Assembly: GCA_964388085.1 (NCBI GenBank)
Contig: CAYLZW010000198.1
Location: forward strand, 1-11,235
Source: an uncultured Myxococcales bacterium
GTDB lineage: Bacteria; Myxococcota; UBA727; CAYLZW01
DNA: 11,235 nt
Reading direction: 5' to 3'
Positions 1 to 5,039 of the stretch are shown here, piece after piece. Under the pieces are notes generated by a model. That model was not told the origin of the DNA, made no database searches, and saw nothing but the letters and a program-made list of their open reading frames with translations. The position numbers were made by a program, and so were the translations under genes. The stretch's first letter is position 1. Every line of letters begins with the position of its first letter.

Positions 1-137
1 CGGGTCCGAGGAAGCCGCCACCTCAAGTTTCAACATGGAACGGGACAGGGCCTCTAGCGGACCTCCCGAGGACTCATCCTAACGTAGCTCGAGGGGACGG
101 GTCCTCGGCGATCCGTAACGCCAGCAAACCGCTGTCC

Positions 138-881
138 TCACGCCACCACCCGTAGCCTCGTCTCTGGCTGCACGGCCATCGGCATATCGTCCCACGTGCG
201 CCCGTCGAGCTCACGGCCCGCAAGCTTCTTCCGCACGCCGCCCCATTGCTTGAAGAAGAACGCGACGCCCGCGCGCGTGCACTGCTCGCGAATGCCCCTC
301 ACCCACGCGGGGTCAATCGGCCTCGCGCCCGGACCGCTCTCGCCGCCGACGATCACCCAATGCACACCCTCGAGCGGTATCTTGTCGAGCGGTCCCAGAA
401 GCGGCTCCAGCGACAGGAAGCGCACCGCGGCGGGGACGGTGACCAAGTCGTGAATCCGCTGTAGCTGCCGCTCGTCCTCAACGGACACGCCGAGCCATAC
501 GTTCTCGGGCAGGTCGAGCGACGTCCCGAGCTGTCGCAGCCGAGCAGAGCGCTTCGTGAGGAGTTGGAAGCGATGCTGCGGGCACGCGCGCATCACGCTG
601 ACGACGTCCTCAATGAACTCGCTGGGCACCGCCTCGTGAAAGAGGTCGCTCATCGAGTTCACGAAGACACGGCGGCCCTTCTTCCATTTGAGCGGAAGCT
701 CGAGCGCCTCGGGCACAAGGCGCAGGTCGAAGCCCTGCTCGTACGGGTGACCGGGAATGCCGCGCCAGCGCTCGGCGAAGGTCTCGGCGTAACAGTGCTT
801 GCAGCCAGCGGAGACCTTGGTGCAGCCGCGCACCGGGTTCCACGTCGCGTCGGTCCACTCGATGGTGCTGTGGTCGGCCAT
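138..881 (-). CDS. Gp37/Gp68 family protein (DUF5131, three-Cys motif); function unknown
   Basis: The 247-aa ORF has the N-terminus MADHSTIEWTDATWNPVRGCTKVSAGCKHCYA. This is the characteristic IEWTD.TWNP..GC..S.GC..CY signature of the phage Gp37/Gp68 family (C-x6-C-x2-C). It then carries conserved SLEPLLGP, WVIVGGESG and FFFKQWG blocks. Codon third positions are GC-rich. Its start at 881 lies 80 nt below the stop of the upstream nucleotidyltransferase gene on the same strand. Confidence 0.8.
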   Translation of the reverse strand: MADHSTIEWTDATWNPVRGCTKVSAGCKHCYAETFAERWRGIPGHPYEQGFDLRLVPEALELPLKWKKGRRVFVNSMSDLFHEAVPSEFIEDVVSVMRACPQHRFQLLTKRSARLRQLGTSLDLPENVWLGVSVEDERQLQRIHDLVTVPAAVRFLSLEPLLGPLDKIPLEGVHWVIVGGESGPGARPIDPAWVRGIREQCTRAGVAFFFKQWGGVRKKLAGRELDGRTWDDMPMAVQPETRLRVVA

Positions 882-961
882 GGTGCTTGAGCGTAACGAG
901 ATGCACAGCAGGACGCGAGACGCAGGTCCTCGACCAGCACCACCGCCATGGTCCCAGCCGC

Positions 962-1810
962 CTACTCGTTGGCCCCGGGCGGGAAGAGCAGACGATGAAG
1001 CGTTCCGATGGCGGCCACTGCATCGGCCCGCGCCGTCGCTTCCTCCTCTTCGGGATGATCGAGCGTGAGCTGGCTGGCGTACGCCTCCGGCCCGTGGTCG
1101 CTCGGCTTCTCGAAGTTCGCCGCGAGGTCATCGAGGGCGGTCTTCGTCGAGCCAACAAGCTCCGGTCCGAATGTCGCGCGAATCGCTTCGGCGGCCTCGT
1201 CGACTCCGCCAGCGTCGTTGTGCAGCGTCACGAAAGCGACGTCGTACCAGTCCTTGGGCTTCCGTCGAGAGTGCGCGGCGCAGGCCTTCGCGAGGAGAAA
1301 ACCGGCAAGCCCGGTTACGTTGATCTCCACCTCGCGGCGGTCTCCGTTGACCTTTGCGCTGAGAGAACGGACCTCGACGTCGCGCGCAGCGAAGCCGGTG
1401 CCCCGCAGGTTCACGGCGCCGAGCTCGCGGCAGCCCTCGAAGCTCACAATCGACAGCGCCGGCTCGTCGTCCAGGTCCGCGAGCAGCTCGAACTTGACCA
1501 CGGACCGGGGAGAGCCGATCTCCGTCGCCCATCTCCAGGTGCCCTTGTTCGTCGGCTGGAACTCCGCGTTGCGAAGGGCCTGCTCGAGGCGGCTCATGTT
1601 CACCGCGCCGCTCGCGATCTCGAGATCCACTTGCACGTCGACGTCGGTGGTGCCTGCGTGATGAAAGGCGCTGCCGCTGCAGAGCAGCTCAGGCACCAGA
1701 CCACCGAGCAAGACGAAGCCCGGCCGCTCTCCATAGTGATGCGCCACGCGGACCAACGCGGTTTCCGCCGCTCGTCGTGCGGCGCGGCTCCTCTCCGGCT
1801 CATCGTCCAT
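962..1810 (-). CDS. AbiEii/DUF1814-like nucleotidyltransferase (putative type IV TA / abortive-infection toxin component)
   Basis: Motif I/II-like LLGGLVPELL...HAGTTDVDVQV fits GG-x(n)-[RS]-x-[ST]-x-D-h-D. Motif III-like KACAAHSRRKPKDWYDVAF fits K...R..KD.YD. I chose the ATG at 1810 (MDDEPERS...) over the ORF-track start at 1912. That ATG sits in an ATGGACGATGA overlap with the TGA stop (1802..1800) of the upstream gene, which is typical translational coupling. The 1811-1912 segment is also the 3' end of that upstream gene. Confidence 0.7.
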   Translation of the reverse strand: MDDEPERSRAARRAAETALVRVAHHYGERPGFVLLGGLVPELLCSGSAFHHAGTTDVDVQVDLEIASGAVNMSRLEQALRNAEFQPTNKGTWRWATEIGSPRSVVKFELLADLDDEPALSIVSFEGCRELGAVNLRGTGFAARDVEVRSLSAKVNGDRREVEINVTGLAGFLLAKACAAHSRRKPKDWYDVAFVTLHNDAGGVDEAAEAIRATFGPELVGSTKTALDDLAANFEKPSDHGPEAYASQLTLDHPEEEEATARADAVAAIGTLHRLLFPPGANE

Positions 1811-2819
1811 GCATGACCTCGCGTAGGTGCTCGGCTGCTTCTTCGCCTCGTACGCCGCTCGTGCGCACGTCCGCGTAGACACGCGGCCATGGGGCGATGG
1901 AGACCCCGTCATGCGGCGCGGCGAGGAGCCTTGTGGTGGTCGTCGGAAACGGTCGCAGCGTCAAGCGGCCCCCCTGAAGCGGCGTCATGCCATTTCGCCG
2001 AGCGAGTGCTTCCAGGTCCGCGATGGTTCTCGCATCGACGTAGACCTCGGCGCTGCCGACCGAGGTCACGAGCGGCGCGAGAACGTCTGCGGCCACTGCA
2101 CCGGTCGCGGCCCAGGTCGTTCCGTCGGCGTTCCAACGGCGACCGAGCTTCCTCACACCGTCGACGGCATCACGCCAGCTCGCCCCGACGACCAGGGACG
2201 CTCTGGGGCGCAGCGACGCGGCTTCCATTGCGTACGCGTGCAGGAGTTCATCCCTGTCGACGACGGTCCGCTTCGAGCTTGGTCCACGGGCCTTGCTGGA
2301 AGTGAGGAGGCCGAGCCCCGCGAGCACACGAAGCGCCGAGACGACGCTCCCCGTCGACAAGCCGGTAGCCTCATGCGTCGCCGCGACGGTCGCGTCTACG
2401 TCGCAGAGCAAGGCCTCAGCGACCGCGGCGACGGCAGGGGTCCACCCGGAGGGCTCGGAGCGCCGCTCGGGGGGCTGCCCGCTCCGTGAGACGATGAGGT
2501 CGCCGACTGCGATCTCCGCGGCCCCCATCTCATCCGCCCATGAAATCCTCTGCTCCGCCAACACGGCTCGCGCCCCCTCCGACATGCGCCGTGCAACGAC
2601 GATGTCCGGGCGCGTTGGCGCCCCCACGAGCTTGCGAGCCTCGTGGAGCCATCCATGTCCCATCCAGGCTGCGCTGACCCTGCGCTTGCCGATCGAGAGG
2701 CGGGTGAGCTCTCCGCGCCTGCCGAGCAGCGTGATGTCGGCGGCCGGAGGCAGCACGGCCCGCACGGCGGCAAGAATCCGGCGATCGTCAGGTCTGGCCA
2801 AGTATACCTCAGTCTTCAA
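1800..2819 (-). CDS. AbiEi-like transcriptional regulator/antitoxin partner (HTH protein)
   Basis: The 339-aa ORF starts at a TTG (2819..2817) preceded by GAGGT. The N-terminal segment ITLLGRRGELTRLSIGKRRV resembles the AbiEi N-terminal L.RLv.rGeL.Rv.rG motif. The central segment THEATGLSTGSVVSALRVLAGLGLL is a helix-turn-helix. An 8-bp coupled overlap links it to the AbiEii-like gene. A palindromic operator lies directly upstream and overlaps its RBS. The start codon is uncertain. Confidence 0.55.
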   Translation of the reverse strand: MKTEVYLARPDDRRILAAVRAVLPPAADITLLGRRGELTRLSIGKRRVSAAWMGHGWLHEARKLVGAPTRPDIVVARRMSEGARAVLAEQRISWADEMGAAEIAVGDLIVSRSGQPPERRSEPSGWTPAVAAVAEALLCDVDATVAATHEATGLSTGSVVSALRVLAGLGLLTSSKARGPSSKRTVVDRDELLHAYAMEAASLRPRASLVVGASWRDAVDGVRKLGRRWNADGTTWAATGAVAADVLAPLVTSVGSAEVYVDARTIADLEALARRNGMTPLQGGRLTLRPFPTTTTRLLAAPHDGVSIAPWPRVYADVRTSGVRGEEAAEHLREVMHGR

Positions 2820-2865
2820 GCATACCTCAGCTCCGAGCTGAGGTATAGATTTCGACTGAGGTTTA
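2803..2865. promoter_or_regulatory. Nested inverted-repeat operator: perfect 25-bp palindrome ATACCTCAGCTC-C-GAGCTGAGGTAT (2822-2846) flanked by outer arms TATACCTCAG (2803-2812) / CTGAGGTtTA (2856-2865)
   Basis: There are four copies of TACCTCAG, two direct and two inverted, read directly from the sequence. They overlap the TTG start and GAGGT RBS of the AbiEi-like gene. AbiEi-family antitoxins are known to autorepress by binding inverted repeats in their own promoter. The structure could also serve as a terminator hairpin for the DUF433/DUF5615 transcript arriving from the right. Confidence 0.5.
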
Positions 2866-2918
2866 GGCAGGCGCCTGAGTACCTAGCGAGGCATCCGACC
2901 CCGCTGCTTCCTGCCCTC

Positions 2919-3056
2919 TCACACCCCCGCAGCGACGGCGACGAGGACTTCACCGGCGACGCCGGCCCAACCCATGTTGCCGACGGTCACGACTTCGTGT
3001 CCGGCGAGGAAGTGCCGGAGGTCTTGCGGCAGGTTCTCGTCGAGCAAGAGCTTCAT
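2919..3056 (-). pseudogene. Truncated DUF5615 (Mut7-C/PIN-like putative toxin) remnant, 45 codons
   Basis: Minus-strand translation from the ATG at 3056..3054 gives MKLLLDENLPQDLRHFLAGHEVVTVGNMGWAGVAGEVLVAVAAGV*. The MKLLLDENLP...GH.V..V...G..G opening is the classic DUF5615 N-terminus. Full-length members are about 110 aa, whereas here a TGA falls after 45 aa. No homologous continuation appears in the other frames. The ATG overlaps the TGA of the upstream DUF433 gene (ATGA). Confidence 0.5.
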
Positions 3057-3277
3057 GCGCGGGCGACGAGCGCGGCTGCTTCGCTGCTGTGACGAGCGTC
3101 TTCCAGGACCGCGACGACCTGCTCACGGCGAACCGTGGGGAACTGCGCCAGGAAATAGTCGATCGTGTAGCCGGCCTCGAGATGATCGAAGAGCGCCTTC
3201 ACCGGAACGCGTGTGCCAGCAAAGCACGGCGTGCCACCGAGGACTTTCTCATCGGACCGAACGTGATCGCTGCTCAT
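3053..3277 (-). CDS. DUF433 domain protein (antitoxin-like partner of DUF5615)
   Basis: The 74-aa ORF contains KVLGGTPCFAGTRVPVKALFDHLEAGYTIDYFLAQFPTVRREQVVAVLE. This matches the DUF433 consensus (GG.P.i.GTRi.v..l...l..G.s.eei...yP.l....i.aal). Its stop forms an ATGA overlap with the DUF5615 remnant. Confidence 0.8.
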   Translation of the reverse strand: MSSDHVRSDEKVLGGTPCFAGTRVPVKALFDHLEAGYTIDYFLAQFPTVRREQVVAVLEDARHSSEAAALVARA

Positions 3278-3292
3278 CCGGAGATTCTAGCC
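3278..3292 (-). promoter_or_regulatory. Putative -10 element TAGAAT 6 nt upstream of the DUF433 ATG (candidate leaderless or short-leader promoter)
   Basis: The minus-strand sequence reads GGCTAGAATCTCCGG-ATG. The same TAGAAT-N6-ATG arrangement occurs upstream of the addiction-module antitoxin gene at 4737. The only two ATTCTA/TAGAAT hexamers in the window lie at these two positions. Confidence 0.35.
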
Positions 3293-3477
3293 TCCTGCCC
3301 GGTGACGCTCCAGCGCGCGGCGGCACCACGACACGGCGGCGTCTTCCAGGACCTACGCGACACCACCCGTCGCATTCCCATCCCATGACCCAGCGCGTCG
3401 TCAGATCCGCCACCCACCCTCCCCTCCACGCGCAACAATCAGCCTCCCCCAACGGACAGCGATCAGGAGGCCCTCAC

Positions 3478-4470
3478 ATGCGCGACGCCCACACCCCAGT
3501 CGCCAACCGCGGCAGCACCGATCGCACGCGGCTCATCCCCGCCCGCCGTCCGCCAACCCAGCGGAACAACGACAGAAACTGGGTCCAGACCCTGGAGGAC
3601 CTCCGGCAGCAGAGAGCCAAGCATCCCGAGCAAGCCGCCCTCGCCGTCATCGTCCAGCAGGCAGGCGAGCCCCGGCTTCGCACGAGGCTGCGCTTCGGCA
3701 GCCGCAACCACCCCATCGCCCTCAGCCTCGGGCGGCACACGTGCTGCGACCTGCCCGGCCTCCGGGACGCCAGCCTGCGGCATGCGCTCGTCCTCGCGTG
3801 GCCGAGCGCGGAGCACCCCGTGGAGGTCATCGACCTTCGCAGCAACACGGGGCTCGTCGTCTCCAGCGGCAAGAGCGTCGAGCGCCTTAGGGGGAGCGGT
3901 CCGATGCGTTTCACCGCCGGCAGCGACGAGGTCACCGTGCTGTACGCGGCGCCGAACGCTCCGCTCGAGATTGACCTGCCGCATGAGCTCGAGGGCTGGA
4001 TCGACATCGAGGAGCGGCGGATGCTTGGGGAGCTGTCCGACCGGCTCCCGAGCCCGCCGAAGACGAACCCTTCCTACGTCGTGCGGGACGGCGTCACGCT
4101 CGTGCGCGCCTGTGACGGGCGCGTGCTCGACGAGGGGCGGCACGAGGTCATCCGCGCGAGCGCGAGGCAGCTGCGCGAGGGGCTGCTGCTCGGGCGCTAT
4201 GAGCGCTGTGACAAGCACCTGATGTTCAGCTTCGATTCGGGGGTGTCGCGCGTGCATGCCTTCGTCGTCGAGCGCGAGGGGTCGCTGCACGTCGTGGACG
4301 TGGGGTCCAGCAACGGCACGTTCATTATCGACGCGCGCGACGGCCGGCCGCTGCGGGCGCTGGACGCGCCGTATCGCGCGCATTGCCTTGGGCCTCGGGA
4401 GCAGATTCGCATCGCTTCCAAGCGGGTGGCGATTGAGCTGCGGGCGGATGGGGGATGGTGGGTGAACTGA
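3478..4470 (+). CDS. Tandem FHA-domain protein
   Basis: The ATG at 3478 is preceded by AGGAGG (3465-3470) with a 7-nt spacer. The ORF-track extension back to 2974 overlaps DUF433 on the other strand and is rejected. The C-terminal segment LLLGRYERCDKHLMFSFDSGVSRVHAFVVEREGSLHVVDVGSSNGTFI carries the FHA signature (GR...CD..l....vSR.HA......g...v.DlgSsNGTf.n). A second, more degenerate FHA-like unit lies upstream: IALSLGRHTCCDLPGLRDASLRHALVLA...VEVIDLRSNTGLVV. The stop is TGA 4468-4470. Confidence 0.75.
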   Translation: MRDAHTPVANRGSTDRTRLIPARRPPTQRNNDRNWVQTLEDLRQQRAKHPEQAALAVIVQQAGEPRLRTRLRFGSRNHPIALSLGRHTCCDLPGLRDASLRHALVLAWPSAEHPVEVIDLRSNTGLVVSSGKSVERLRGSGPMRFTAGSDEVTVLYAAPNAPLEIDLPHELEGWIDIEERRMLGELSDRLPSPPKTNPSYVVRDGVTLVRACDGRVLDEGRHEVIRASARQLREGLLLGRYERCDKHLMFSFDSGVSRVHAFVVEREGSLHVVDVGSSNGTFIIDARDGRPLRALDAPYRAHCLGPREQIRIASKRVAIELRADGGWWVN

Positions 4471-4494
4471 GGTGACGTGGAATGCGCGCCGCCG

Positions 4495-4737
4495 TTAGGG
4501 GCTGCGCTCAGCCATCCGCCTCATCACCTCCGCCTTCACATCGGCCGACGGGATGAGCGTCGCTTCGCCCCGATCGATGCGGGCCAGCCGTCGCTGGATG
4601 GTCGCCAACATCTCGTCGCTGGTGTCGTCGTTAGCATCGCCCAGCGTGGCGGCGAGGCGCTCCACCAGCTCCGGCCGCTCGTCGTCAGGCAGGGTCAGCG
4701 CCTTCTCGTACAGCTCGGTGGCGGTCGTGCTCGTCAT
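4495..4737 (-). CDS. Addiction-module antitoxin component (TIGR02574-like, RelE/ParE-type partner), apparently orphan
   Basis: The 80-aa sequence ELYEKALTLPDDERPELVERLAATLGD...DEMLATIQRRLARIDRGEATLIPSADVKAEV matches the putative addiction module component pattern (LsLp..eR.eL...Ll.SL....de..aaW..E..rR..e.dsGe...ip.eev). No toxin ORF follows. Only 24 nt separate it from the convergent FHA gene. Confidence 0.7.
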   Translation of the reverse strand: MTSTTATELYEKALTLPDDERPELVERLAATLGDANDDTSDEMLATIQRRLARIDRGEATLIPSADVKAEVMRRMAERSP

Positions 4738-4752
4738 CTGATGATTCTACCA
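4738..4752 (-). promoter_or_regulatory. Extended -10-like TGGTAGAAT 6 nt upstream of antitoxin ATG (candidate leaderless promoter)
   Basis: The minus-strand sequence reads TGGTAGAATCATCAG-ATG. The TGn-TAGAAT element ends 6 nt before the start codon and there is no Shine-Dalgarno sequence. This would give a leaderless mRNA, which is common for TA antitoxins. Confidence 0.4.
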
Positions 4753-4922
4753 GCCGCAGGGAGCGGGAGGCACCCGTGGGGCTACGGCCAGGAACCGCGC
4801 GGTGCGCCCTCGGGCACGGGTTGAGCGGCTCGCCGGACGAAGCGCGATAGCGCCAGCGCACGAGGCCCTGAAGCGATGCGCCGCGACAGCGCTCTCCCGA
4901 GGGCGGATGCTACGCTCGCAGC

Positions 4923-5039
4923 ATGAAGCCAAGCGCCCTGCCCGAGCCGAGCGCCATCGATGACATGATAGCGCGCGTGCGTGCGGCGCTCGACGGTCGT
5001 GTCGACGTGGGCTTGGCGATCCTGTTTGGCTCCTTATGA
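4923..5039 (+). pseudogene. N-terminal remnant (38 aa) of an MNT-type minimal nucleotidyltransferase (antitoxin of HEPN/MNT pairs)
   Basis: Translation gives MKPSALPEPSAIDDMIARVRAALDGRVDVGLAILFGS-L-stop. The block ...V..A.LFGS is the conserved start of the GS-x-ARG-x(n)-SD-x-D nucleotidyltransferase motif. A TGA follows immediately, and the ARGE...SDID part is absent. It overlaps the first 59 nt of the FG-GAP ORF in another frame. Confidence 0.4.

Noticed and set aside
887-1816. 309-aa plus-strand ORF (and 1065..1661, 1128..1532) overlapping the nucleotidyltransferase gene
   Set aside because: It is antisense to a gene with clear family motifs. The translations are Arg/Ala/Ser-rich and low-complexity, typical of wrong-frame ORFs in 70% GC DNA.
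962-1912. Longer 316-aa version of the nucleotidyltransferase starting at 1912
   Set aside because: The 5' 100 nt is the 3' end of the upstream AbiEi-like gene. The internal ATG at 1810 forms a canonical ATG...TGA coupled overlap, and the family domain begins just after it.
2643-3092. 149-aa plus-strand ORF spanning the palindromic operator
   Set aside because: It runs through a perfect 25-bp palindrome and the intergenic AT-rich patch. It has no family resemblance and is antisense to the DUF5615 remnant.
3405-3435. C-rich/G-rich tract (CCACCCACCCTCCCCTCCAC), possible G-quadruplex on the minus strand
   Set aside because: Only three clean G3 runs are present. Such tracts are frequent in high-GC genomes, and nothing links it to the flanking divergent promoters.
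2974-3477. 5' extension of the FHA ORF back to 2974 (498 aa)
   Set aside because: It overlaps DUF433 and the DUF5615 remnant on the opposite strand and a C-rich non-coding tract. The strong AGGAGG-N7-ATG at 3465-3480 marks the real start.
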